NCBI GenBank assembly: GCA_964016885.1
Contig: OZ024744.1
Location: 131,254,001 to 131,318,000, forward strand
Direction: 5' to 3'
DNA: 64,000 nucleotides
From: Eledone cirrhosa
Lineage: Eukaryota
How positions within the stretch are numbered: the first letter of the stretch is position 1; the number at the start of each line of letters is the position of its first letter. Below are positions 11,327 through 23,169 of the stretch, one piece after another. The notes beneath the pieces were generated by a model. That model was not told the origin of the DNA and did no database searches. It worked only from the letters and a program-made list of their open reading frames with translations. The position numbers and the translations under genes were made by a program.

Positions 11327-14300
11327 GTCGGGGTTAAGTTAAGTTGGCGTTAAGTTAAGTTAGGCTTAACTTAAGTTGGGGTTCAGTTAAGTTGGGGGTA
11401 AGTTAAGTTGGGGGTAAGTTAAGTTGGGGTTAAGTTAAGTTGCGGTTAAGTTGGGGTTAAGTTAAGTTAGGGTTAAGTTAAGTTGGGGTTGAGTTAAGTT
11501 GGGGTTAATTAAGTGGTGGTTATGTTAAGTTGGGGTTAAGTTAAGTTGGGGTTAATTTAAATTGGGGTTAAGTTAACTTTGTGGTTAAGTTAAGTTGGGG
11601 TTAAGTTAAGTTGGGGTAAAGTTGGGGTTGAGTTAAGTTGGGGTTGAGTGAAGTTGGGGTTAAGTTAAGTTGGGGTTAAGTTAAGTTGGGGTTAAGATAA
11701 GTCGGGGTTAAATTAAGTTGTGGTTGAGTTAAGTTGGGGTTAATTTAAGTTGGGGCTAAGTTAATTTGTGGTTAAGTTAAGTTGGGGTTAAGTTAAGTTG
11801 GGGTTAAGTTAAGTCGGGGTAAGTTAAGTCGGGGTTAAGTTAAGTTAGGGTTAAGTTAAGTTGGGGTTAAGTTAAGTTGGGGTTGAGTTAAGTTGGGGTT
11901 GAGTTAAATTGGGGTTGAGTTAAGTTGGTGTTGAGTTAAGTTGGTGTTGAGTTAAGTTGGGGTTAAGTTAAGTTGGGGTTAAGTTAAGTTGCGGTTAAGT
12001 TAAGTTGAGGTTAAGTTAAGTTGGGGTTAACTTAAGTGTGGGTTAAGTTAAGTTGGGGTTAAGTTAAGTTGGGGTTAAGTTAAGTTGGTGTTAAGTTAAA
12101 TTGGGGTTGAGTTAAGTTGGGGCTGAGTTAAGTTGGGGCTGAGTTAAGTTGTGGTTCAGTTAAGTTGGGGTTGAGTTAAGTTGCGGTTAAGTTAAGTTGG
12201 GGTTAAGTTAAGTTGGGGTTATGTTAAGTTGGGGTTAAGGTAGGTTGGGGTTAAGTTAAGTTGGGGTTGAGTTAAGTTGGGGTTGAGTTAAATTGGGGTT
12301 GAGTTAAGTTGGGGTTGAGTTAAGTTGGTGTTGAGTTAAGTTGGGGTTAAGTTAAGTTGGGGTTAAGTTAAGTTGCGGTTAAGTTAAGTTGGGGTTAAGT
12401 TAAGTTGGGGTTAAGTTAAGTTGGGGTTAAGTTAAGTTGGGGTTAAGTTAAGTTGGTGTTAAGTTAAGTTGGGGCTGAGTTAAGTTGGGGCTGAGTTAAG
12501 TTGGGGCTGAGTTAAGTTGGGGTTCAGTTAAGTTGGGGTTAAGTTAAGTTGGGGTTATGTTAAGTTGGGGTTTAGTTAAGTTGGGGTTCATTTAAGTTGG
12601 GGTTAAGTTAAGTTTAGGTTAAGTTGGGGTTAAATTAATTTGGGGTTAAGTTAAGTTGGGGTTAAGTTAAGTTGGGGTTAATTTAAGTTGGGGTTAATTT
12701 AAGTTGGGGTTAAGTTAAGTTGCGGGTAATTTAAGTTGGGGTTAAGTTAAGTTGGGGTTAAGTTAAGTTGGGGTTAAGTTAAGTTGGGGTTAAGTTAAGT
12801 TTGGGTTAAGTTAAGTTGGGGCTAATTTAAGTTGGGGCTGAGTTAAGTTGGGGTTAAGTTAAGTTGGGGTTAAGTTAATTTGGGGTTAAGTTGGGGTTAA
12901 GTTAAGTTGGGGTTTATTTAAGTTGGGGTTAAGTTAAGTTGGGGTTCAGTTAAGTTGGGGTTCAGTTAAGTTGGGGTTAAGTTAAGTTGGGGTTAAGTTA
13001 AGTTGGTTAGTTAAGTTGAGGTTAAGTTAAGTTGGGGTTAAGTTAAGTTGGGGTTAAGTTAAGTTGGGGTTAATTTAAGTTAGGGTTAAGTTAAGTTGGG
13101 GTTCAGTTAAGTTGGGGTTAAGTCAAGTTGGGGTTAAGTTGGGGTTAAATTAAGTTGGGGCTAAGTTAAGTTGGGGCTAAGTTAAGTTGGGGCTAAGTTA
13201 AGTTGGGGTTCAGTTAAGTTGGGGTTAAGTTAAGTTTGGGTTAAGTTGGGGTTAAATTAAGTTGGGGTTAAGTTAAGTTGGGGTTTAGTTAAGTTGGGGT
13301 TAATTTAAGTTGGGGTTAATTTAAGTTGCGGTTAAGTTAAGTTGGGGTTAAGTTAAGTGGTGGTTATGTTAAGTTGGGGTTAAGTTAAGTTGGGGTTAAT
13401 TTAAATTGGGGTTAAGTTAACTTTGTGGTTAAGTTAAGTTGGGGTTAAGTTAAGTTGGGGTTAAGTTAAGTTGGGGTTGCGTTAAGTCGGGGTTGAGTGA
13501 AGTTGGGGTTAAGTTAAGTTGGGGTTAATTTAAGTTGGGGTTAAGTTAAGTCGGGCTTAAGTTAAGTTGGGGTTAAGTTAATTTGGGGTTAAGTTAAGTT
13601 GGGGTTAAGTTAAGTTGGGGTTGAGTTAAGTTGGGGTTGAGTTAATTTAGGGTTAAGTTAAGTTGGGGTTAAGTTAAGTTGGGTTTAAGTTAAGTTGGGG
13701 TTAAATTAAGTTGGGGTTAAATTAAGTTGGGGTTAAGTTAAGTTGGGGGTAAGTTAAGTTGGGGGCAAGTTAAGTTGGGGTTAAGTTAAGTTGGGGTTAA
13801 ATTAAGTTGGGGTTAAGTTTAGTTGGTGTTAAGTTAAGTTGGGGTTTATTTAAGTTGGGGTTAATTAAGTTGGGGCTGAGTTAAGTTGGGGCTGAATTAA
13901 GTTGGGGTTAAGTTAAGTTGGGGTTGAGTTAAGTTGGGGTTAAGTTAAGTTGGGGTTAAGTTAAGTTGGGGTTCAGTTAAGTTGGGGTTAAGTTGGGGTT
14001 AAATTAATTTGGGGTTAAGTTAAGTTGGGGTTTAGTTTAGTTGGGGTTAAATTAAGTTGGGGTTAATTTAAGTTGGGGTTAAGTTAAGTTGCGGGTAATT
14101 TAAGTTGGGGTTAAGTTAAGTTGGGGTTAAGTTAAGTTGGGGTTAAGTTAAGTTGGGGTTAAGTTAAGTTGGGGGTAAGTTAAGTTGGGGGTAAGTTAAG
14201 TTGGGGTTAAGTTAAGTTGGGGTTAAGTTAAGTTAGGGTTAAGTTAAGTTGGGGTTGAGTTAAGTTGGGGTTAAGTTAAGTTGGGGTTATGTTAAGTTGG

Positions 14301-14540
14301 GGTTAAGTTAAGTTGGTTCGTTAAGTTGAGTTTAAGTTAAGTGGGGTTAATTTAAGTTGGGGTTAAGTTAAGTTGGGGTTAAGTTAAGTTGGGGTTAAGT
14401 TAAGTTGGGGTTAAGTTAAGTTGGGGTTCAGTTAAGTTGGGGTTAAGTCAAGTTGGGGTTAAGTTAAGTTGGGGTTATGTTAAGTTGGGGTTAAGTTAAG
14501 TTGGGGTTAAGTTAATTTGTGGTTAAGTTAAGTTGTGGTT

Positions 14541-14933
14541 AACCCCAACTTCACTCAACCCCACCTTAACTCAACCCCAACTTAACTTAAGCCCAACTTC
14601 ACTCAACCCCAACTTAACTTAACCCCAACTTCACTCAACCCCAACTTAACTCAACCCCAACTTAACTTAACCCCAACTTAACTTAACCCTAACTTAACTT
14701 AACCCCAACTTAACTTAACTTCGACTTAACTTAACCCCAACTTAACTTAACCCCAACTTAACTTAACCCCAACTTAACTTAACCACAAATTAACTTAACC
14801 ACAACTTAAATTAACCCCAACTTAAATTAACCCCAACTTAACTTAACCCCAACTTAACTTAACCCCAACTTAAATTAACCCCAACTTGACTTAACCCCAA
14901 ATTAACTTAACCCCAACTTAACTTAACCCCAAA
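14541..14933 (-). repeat. Inverted satellite island type A
   Basis: Copy of 2831-3223 with the same junctions. Confidence 0.95.
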
Positions 14934-15921
14934 TTCGGGGTTAAGTTAAGTTGGGGTTAAATTAAGTTAGGCTTAACTTAAGTTGGGGTTAAGTTAATTT
15001 GGGGTTAAGTTCGGGTTAAGATAAGTTAGGGTTAAGTTAAGTTGGGGTTGAGTTAAGTTGGGGTTAAGTTAAGTTGGGGTTAAGTTAAGTTGGGGTCAAG
15101 TTAAGTTGGGGTTAAAATTAAGTTGGGGTTAAATCAAGTTGGGGTTAAGTTAAAGTGGGGTTAATTTAGTTGGGGTTAAGTTAAGTTGGGGCTAAGTTAA
15201 GTTGGGGCTAAGTTAAGTTGGGACTAAGTTAAGTTGGGGTTAAGTTAAGTTGGGGTTAAGTTAAGTTGGGGTTAATTTAAGTTGGGATTGAGTTAAGTTG
15301 GGGTTAAGTTAAGTTGGGGTTATATTAAGTTGAGGTTAAGTTAAGTTGGGGTTAAGTTAAGTTGGGGTTCAGTTAAGTTGCGGTTAAGTTAAGTTGGGGT
15401 TAAGTTAAGTTGGGGTTAAGTTAAGTTGGGGTTAAGTTAAGTTGGGGTCAAGTTAAGTTGGGGTTAAGTTAAGTTGGGGTTAAATTAAGTTGGGGTTAAT
15501 TTAAGTTGGGGTTAATTTAAGCTGGGGTTAAGTTAAGTTGGGGATAATTTAAGTTGGGGATAAGTTAAGTTGGGGTTAAGTTAAGTTGGGTTTAAGTTAA
15601 GTTGGGGTTAAGTTAAGTTGCGGTTAAGTTAAGTTGGTTAGTTAAGTTGAGTTTAAGTTAAGTTGGGGTTAATTTAAGTTGGGGTTAAGTTACGTTGGGG
15701 TTAAGTTAAGTTGGGGCTAAGTTAAGTTGGGGTTCAGTTAAGTTGGGGTTAAATCAATTTGGGGTTAAGTTGGGGTTAAATTAATTTGGGGTTAAGTTAA
15801 GTTGGGGTTAAGTTAAGTTGGGGTTAAGTTAAGTTGGGGTTAAGTTAAGTTGGGGTTAAGTTAAGTTGGAGTTAAGTTAAGTTTGGGTTGAGTTAAGTTG
15901 GGGTTGAGTTAAATTGGGGTT

Positions 15922-16410
15922 AACTCCAACTTAAGTTAACCCCAACTTAACTTAACCCCAACTTCACTCAACCCCAACTTAACTTAACCCCAACTTCACT
16001 CAACCCCAACTTAACTCAACCCCAACCTAACTTAACCCCAACTTCACTCAACCCCAACTTATCTTAACCCCAACTTCACTCAACCCCAACTTAACTCAAC
16101 CCCAACTTAACTTAACCCCAACTTAACTTAACCCTAACTTAACTTAACCCCGACTTAACTTAACCTCGACTTAACTTAACCCCAACTTAATTTAACCCCA
16201 ACTTAACTTAACCCCAACTTAACTTAACCACAAATTAACTTAACCCCAACTTCAATTAACTCCAACTTAACTTAACCCCAACTTAACTTAACCCCAACTT
16301 AACTTAACCCCAACTTAACTCACACCCAACTTACCTTACCCCCAACTTAACTTAACCCCAACTTGACTTAACCCCAACTTAACTTAACCCCAACTTAACT
16401 TAACCCCAAA
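15922..16410 (-). repeat. Inverted satellite island type B
   Basis: Copy of 4212-4700 with the same junctions. Confidence 0.95.
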
Positions 16411-18559
16411 TTCGGGGTTAAGTTATGTTGGGGTTAAGTTAAGTTAGGCCTAACTTAAGTTGGAGTTAAGTTAAGTTTGGGGTAAGTTAAGTTGGGGGTA
16501 AGTTAAGTTGGGGTTAAGTTAAGTTGGGGTTAAGTTGGGGTTAAGTTAAGTTAGGGTTAAGTTAAGTTGGGGTTGAGTTAAGTTGGGGTTAAGTTAAGTG
16601 GTGGTTATGTTAAGTTGGGGTGAAGTTAACTGGGGTTAATTTAAATTGGTGTTAAGTTAACTTTGTGGTTAAGTTAAGTTGGGGTTAAGTTAAGTTGGGG
16701 TTAAGTTAAGTTGGGGTTGAGTTAAGTTGGGGTTGAGTGAAGTTGGGGTTAAGTTAAGTTGGGGTTAATTTAAGTTGGGGTTAAGTTAAATCGGAGTTAA
16801 GTTAAGTTGGGGTTGAGTTAAGTTGGCGTTAATTTAAGTTGGGGCTAAGTTAAGTTGGGGTTAAGTTAAGTTGAGGTTAAGTTAAGTTGGGGTTGAGTTA
16901 AGTTGGGGTTGAGTTAATTTGGGGTTAAGTTAAGTTGGGGTTAAGTTAAGTTGGGTTTAAGTTAAGTTGGGGTTAAATTAAGTTGGGGTTAAATTAAGTT
17001 GGGGTTAAGTTAAGTTGGGGGTAAGATAAGTTGGGAGCAAGTTAAGTTGGGGTTAAGTTAAGTTGGGGTTAAATTAAGTTGGGGTTAAGTTAAGTTGGGG
17101 TTATATTAAGTTGGGGTTAAGTTAAGTTGGGGTTAAGTTAAGTTGGGGTTCAGTTAAGTTGCGGTTAAGTTAAGTTGGGGTTAAGTTAAGTTGGGGTTAA
17201 GTTAAGTTGGGGTCAAGTTAAGTTGGGGTTATGTTAAGTTGGGGTTTAGTTAAGTTGGTGTTCATTTAAGTTGGGGTTAAGTTAAGTTTGGGTTAAGTTG
17301 GGGTTAAATTAAGTTGGGGTTAAGTTAAGTTGGGGTTAAGTTAAGTTGGGGTTAAGTTAAGTTGGGGTTAAGTTAAGTTGGGGTTAATTTAAGTTGGGGT
17401 TAAGTTAAGTTGCGGGTAATTTAAGTTGGGGTTAAGTTAAGTTGGGGTTAAGTTAAGTTGGGGTTAAGTTAAGTTGGGGTTAAGGTAAGTTGGGGTTAAG
17501 TTAAATTGGGGCTAAGTTAAGTTGGGGCTGAGTTAAGTTGGGGTTAAGTTAAGTTGGGGTTAAGTTAAGTTGGGGTTAAGTTAAGTTGGGGTTAAGTTAA
17601 GTTGGGGTTGAGTTAAGTTGGGGTTAAGTTAAGTAGGGGTAAGTTAAGTTGGGGTTCAGTTAAGTTGGGGTTAAGTTAAGTTGGGGTTAAGTTAAGTTGG
17701 GGTTAAGTTAAGTCGGGGTTAAGTTAAGTCGGGGTTAAGTTAAGTTAGGGTTAAGTTAAGTTGGAGTTAAGTTAAGTTGGGGTTGAGTTAAGTTGGGGTT
17801 GAGTTAAATTGGGGTTGAGTTAAGTTGGGGTTGAGTTAAGTTGGTGTTGAGTTAAGTTGGGGTTAAATTGAGTTGGGGTTAAATTAAGTTGGGGTTAAGT
17901 AAATTTGGGGGTAAGTTAAGTTGGGGGCAAGTTAAGTTGGGGCTAATTTAAGTTGGGGTTAAATTAAGTTGGGGTTACGTTAAGTTGGTGTTAAGTTAAG
18001 TTGGGGTTAATTTAAGTTGGGGTTAATTAAGTTAGGGTTAAGTTAAGTTGGGGTTAAGTTAAGTTGGGGTTAATTTAAGTTGGGGTTGAGTTAAGTTAGG
18101 GTTAAGTTAAGTTGGGGTTATATTAAGTTGGGGTTAAGTTAAGTTGGGGTTAAGTTAAGTTGGGGTTCAGTTAAGTTGCGGTTAAGTTAAGTTGGGGTTA
18201 AGTTAAGTTGGGGTTAAGTTAAGTTGGGGTTAAGTTAAGTTGGAGTCAAGTTAAGTTGGGGTTAAGTTAAGTTGGGGTTAAGTTAAGTTGGTTAGTTAAG
18301 TTGAGTTTAAGTTAAGTTGGGGTTAATTTAAGTTGGGGTTAAGTTAAGTTGGGGTTAAGTTAAGTTGGGGTTAAGTTAAGTTGGGGTTAAGTTAAGTTGG
18401 GGTTCAGTTAAGTTGGGGTTAAGTCAAGTTGGGGTTAATTTGGGGTTAAATTAATTTGGGGTTAAGTTAAGTTGGGGTTAAGTTAAGTTGGGGTTATGTT
18501 AAGTTGGGGTTAAGTTAAGTTGGGTTTAAGTTAATTCGTGGTTAAGTTAAGTTGTGGTT

Positions 18560-18920
18560 AACCCCAACTTCACTCAACCCCACCTTAACTCAACCCCAAC
18601 TTAACTTAACCCCAACTTCACTCAACCCCAACTTAACTTAACCCCAACTTCACTCAACCCCAACTTAAATCAACCCCAACTTAACATAACCCCAACTTAA
18701 CTTAACCCTAACTTAACTTAACCCCGACTTAACTTAACTTCGAATTAACTTAACCCCAACTTAACTTAACCCCAACTTAACTTAACCCCAACTTAACTTA
18801 ACCACAAATTAACTTAACCCCAACTTAACTCACACCCAACTTAACTTACCCCCAACTTAACTTAACCCCAACTTGACTTAACCCCAAATTAACTTAACCC
18901 CAACTTAACTTAACCCCAAA
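18560..18920 (-). repeat. Inverted satellite island type C
   Basis: Copy of 6850-7210. Confidence 0.95.
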
Positions 18921-19513
18921 TTCGGGGTTAAGTTAAGTTGGGGTTAAGTTAAGTTAGGCTTAACTTAAGTTGGGGTTAAGTTAAGTTGGGGGTAAGTTAA
19001 GTTCTGGGTAAGTTAAGTTGGGGTTAAGTTAAGTTGGGGTTAAGTTGGGGTTAAGTTAAGTTAGGGTTAAGTTAAGTTGGGGTTGAGTTAAGTTGGGGTT
19101 AAGTTAAGTTAGGGTTAATTTAAGTTGGGGCTAAGTTAAGTTGGGGCTGAGTTAAGTTGGGGTTAAGTTAAGTTGGGGTTAAGTTAAGTTGGGGATAAGT
19201 TAAGTTGGGGTTAAGTTAAGTTGGGGTTTATTTAAGTTGGGGTTAATTTAAGTTGGGGTTCAGTTAAGTTGGGGTTAAGTTAAGTTGGGGTTAAGTTAAG
19301 TTGGGGTTAAGTTAAGTTGGTGTTAAGTTAAGTTGGGTTTAAGTTAAGTTGGGGTTAAGTTAAGTTGGGGTCAAGTTAAGTTGGGGTTAAGTTAAGTTGG
19401 TTAGTTAAGTTGAGTTTAAGTTAAGTTGGGGTTAATTTATGTTGGGGTTAAGTTAAGTTGGGGTTAAGTTAAGTTGGGGTTAAGTTAAGTTGGGGTTAAG
19501 TTAAGTTGGGGTT

Positions 19514-19714
19514 AACCCCAACTTAACTTAACCCCAACTTCACTCAACCCCAACGTAACTCAACCCCAACTTAACTTAACCCCAACTTCACTCAACCCCA
19601 ACTTAACTTAACCCCAACTTCACTCAACCCCAACTTAAGTCAACCCCAACTTAACTTAACCCCAACTTGACTTAACCCCAACTTAACTTAGCACCAACTT
19701 AACTTAAGCCCAAA
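19514..19714 (-). repeat. Inverted satellite island type D
   Basis: Copy of 7804-8004. Confidence 0.95.
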
Positions 19715-21411
19715 GCCGGGGTTAAGTTAAGTTGGCGTTAAGTTAAGTTAGGCTTAACTTAAGTTGGGGTTCAGTTAAGTTGGGGGTAAGTTAAGTTGGG
19801 GGTAAGTTAAGTTGGGGTTAAGTTAAGTTGCGTTTAAGTTGGGGTTAAGTTAAGTTAGGGTTAAGTTAAGTTGGGGTTAAGTTAAGTTGGGGTTAATTTA
19901 AATTGGGGTTAAGTTAACTTTGTGGTTAAGTTAAGTTGGGGTTAAGTTAAGTTGGGGTTAAGTTGGGGTTAATTTAAGTTGGGGCTAAGTTAATTTGTGG
20001 TTAAGTTAAGTTGGGGTTAAGTTAAGTTGGGGTTAAGTTAAGTTGGGGTTGAGTTAAGTTGGGGTTGAGTTAATTTGGGGTTAAATTAAGTTGGGGTTAA
20101 GTTAAGTTGGGGGTAAGTTAAGTTGGGGCTAAGTTAAGTTGGGGTTAAATTAAGTTGGGGTTACGTTAAGTTGGTGTTAAGTTAAGTTGGGGTTAATTTA
20201 AGTTGGGGTTAATTAAGTTGGGGTTAAGTTAAGTTGGGGTTAAGTTAAGTTGGGGTTTATTTAAGTTGGGGTTAAGTTAAGTTGGGGTTCAGTTAAGTTG
20301 GGGTTAAGTTAAGTTGGGGTTAAGATGGGGTTAAATTAAGTTGGGGTTAAGTTAAGTTGGGGTTAAGTTAAGTCGGGGTTAAGTTAAGGTAGGGTTCAGT
20401 TAAGTTGGGGTTAAGTTAAGTTGGGGTTGAGTTAAGTTGGGGTTGAGTTAAATTGGTGTTGAGTTAAGTTGGGGTTAAGTTAAGTTGGGGTTAAGTTAAG
20501 TTGCAGTTAAGTTAAGTTGAGGTTAAGTTAAGGTGCGGTTAAGTTAAGCTGGGGCTAAGTTAAGTTGGGGCTAAGTTAAGTTGGGGCTAAGTTACGTTGG
20601 GGTTAGGTTAAGTTGGGGTTAAGTTAAGTCGGGGTTAAGTTAAGTTGGCGTTAAGTTAAGTTGGGGTTAATTTAAGTTGGGGTTAGGTTAAGTTGGGGTT
20701 AATTTAAGTTGGGGTTAAGTTAAGTTGCGGGTAATTTAAGTTGGGGTTAAGTTAAGTTGGGGTTAAGTTAAGTTGGGGTTAAGTTAAGTTGGGGTTGAGT
20801 TAAGTTGGGGTTAAGTTAAGTTGGGGTTAAGTTAAGTTGGGGTTCAGTTAAGTTGGGGTTAAGTTGGGGTTAAATTAATTTGGGGTTAAGTTAAGTTGGG
20901 GTTTAGTTTAGTTGGGGTTAAATTAAGTTGGGGTTAATTTAAGTTGGGGTTAAGTTAAGTTGCGGGTAATTTAAGTTGGGGTTAAGTTAAGTTGGGGTTA
21001 AGTTAAGTTGGGGTTAAGTTAAGTTGGGGTTAAGTTAAGTTGGGGGTAAGTTAAGTTGGGGGTAAGTTAAGTTGGGGTTAAGTTAAGTTGGGGTTAAGTT
21101 AAGTTAGGGTTAAGTTAAGTTGGGGTTGAGTTAAGTTGGGGTTAAGTTAAGTTGGGGTTATGTTAAGTTGGGGTTAAGTTAAGTTGGTTCGTTAAGTTGA
21201 GTTTAAGTTAAGTGGGGTTAATTTAAGTTGGGGTTAAGTTAAGTTGGGGTTAAGTTAAGTTGGGGTTAAGTTAAGTTGGGGTTAAGTTAAGTTGGGGTTC
21301 AGTTAAGTTGGGGTTAAGTCAAGTTGGGGTTAAGTTAAGTTGGGGTTATGTTAAGTTGGGGTTAAGTTAAGTTGGGGTTAAGTTAATTTGTGGTTAAGTT
21401 AAGTTGTGGTT

Positions 21412-21804
21412 AACCCCAACTTCACTCAACCCCACCTTAACTCAACCCCAACTTAACTTAAGCCCAACTTCACTCAACCCCAACTTAACTTAACCCCAAC
21501 TTCACTCAACCCCAACTTAACTCAACCCCAACTTAACTTAACCCCAACTTAACTTAACCCTAACTTAACTTAACCCCAACTTAACTTAACTTCGACTTAA
21601 CTTAACCCCAACTTAACTTAACCCCAACTTAACTTAACCCCAACTTAACTTAACCACAAATTAACTTAACCCCAACTTAAATTAACCCCAACTTAAATTA
21701 ACCCCAACTTAACTTAACCCCAACTTAACTTAACCCCAACTTAAATTAACCCCAACTTGACTTAACCCCAAATTAACTTAACCCCAACTTAACTTAACCC
21801 CAAA
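21412..21804 (-). repeat. Inverted satellite island type A
   Basis: Same markers and junctions as 2831-3223. Confidence 0.95.
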
Positions 21805-22680
21805 TTCGGGGTTAAGTTAAGTTGGGGTTAAATTAAGTTAGGCTTAACTTAAGTTGGGGTTAAGTTAATTTGGGGTTAAGTTCGGGTTAAGTTAAGTTAG
21901 GGTTAAGTTAAGTTGGGGTTGAGTTAAGTTGGGGTTAAGTTAAGTTGGGGTTAAGTTAAGTTGGGGTCAAGTTAAGTTGGGGTTAAAATTAAGTTGGGGT
22001 TAAATCAAGTTGGGGTTAAGTTAAAGTGGGGTTAATTTAGTTGGGGTTAAGTTAAGTTGGGGCTAAGTTAAGTTGGGGCTAAGTTAAGTTGGGACTAAGT
22101 TAAGTTGGGGTTAAGTTAAGTTGGGGTTAAGTTAAGTTGGGGTTAATTTAAGTTGGGGTTAAGTTAAGTTGGGGTTAAGTTAAGTTGGGGTTAAGTTAAG
22201 TTGGGGTCAAGTTAAGTTGGGGTTAAGTTAAGTTGGGGTTAAATTAAGTTGGGGTTAATTTAAGTTGGGGTTAATTTAAGCTGGGGTTAAGTTAAGTTGG
22301 GGATAATTTAAGTTGGGGATAAGTTAAGTTGGGGTTAAGTTAAGTTGGGTTTAAGTTAAGTTGGGGTTAAGTTAAGTTGCGGTTAAGTTAAGTTGGTTAG
22401 TTAAGTTGAGTTTAAGTTAAGTTGGGGTTAATTTAAGTTGGGGTTAAGTTACGTTGGGGTTAAGTTAAGTTGGGGCTAAGTTAAGTTGGGGTTCAGTTAA
22501 GTTGGGGTTAAATCAATTTGGGGTTAAGTTGGGGTTAAATTAATTTGGGGTTAAGTTAAGTTGGGGTTAAGTTAAGTTGGGGTTAAGTTAAGTTGGGGTT
22601 AAGTTAAGTTGGGGTTAAGTTAAGTTGGAGTTAAGTTAAGTTTGGGTTGAGTTAAGTTGGGGTTGAGTTAAATTGGGGTT

Positions 22681-23169
22681 AACTCCAACTTAAGTTAACC
22701 CCAACTTAACTTAACCCCAACTTCACTCAACCCCAACTTAACTTAACCCCAACTTCACTCAATCCCAACTTAACTCAACCCCAACCTAACTTAACCCCAA
22801 CTTCACTCAACCCCAACTTATCTTAACCCCAACTTCACTCAACCCCAACTTAACTCAACCCCAACTTAACTTAACCCCAACTTAACTTAACCCTAACTTA
22901 ACTTAACCCCGACTTAACTTAACCTCGACTTAACTTAACCCCAACTTAATTTAACCCCAACTTAACTTAACCCCAACTTAACTTAACCACAAATTAACTT
23001 AACCCCAACTTCAATTAACCCCAACTTAACTTAACCCCAACTTAACTTAACCCCAACTTAACTTAACCCCAACTTAACTCACACCCAACTTACCTTACCC
23101 CCAACTTAACTTAACCCCAACTTGACTTAACCCCAACTTAACTTAACCCCAACTTAACTTAACCCCAAA
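22681..23169 (-). repeat. Inverted satellite island type B
   Basis: Same markers and junctions as 4212-4700. Confidence 0.95.

Larger units (their letters stand above)
11711..19819 (+). repeat. Near-identical block duplicate of 1-8109 (offset 11,710 bp)
   Basis: Same variant order and islands A-D at exactly +11,710. I saw few substitutions (1603/13313, 3091/14801, 3311/15021, 4733/16443, 4768/16478). Confidence 0.93.
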
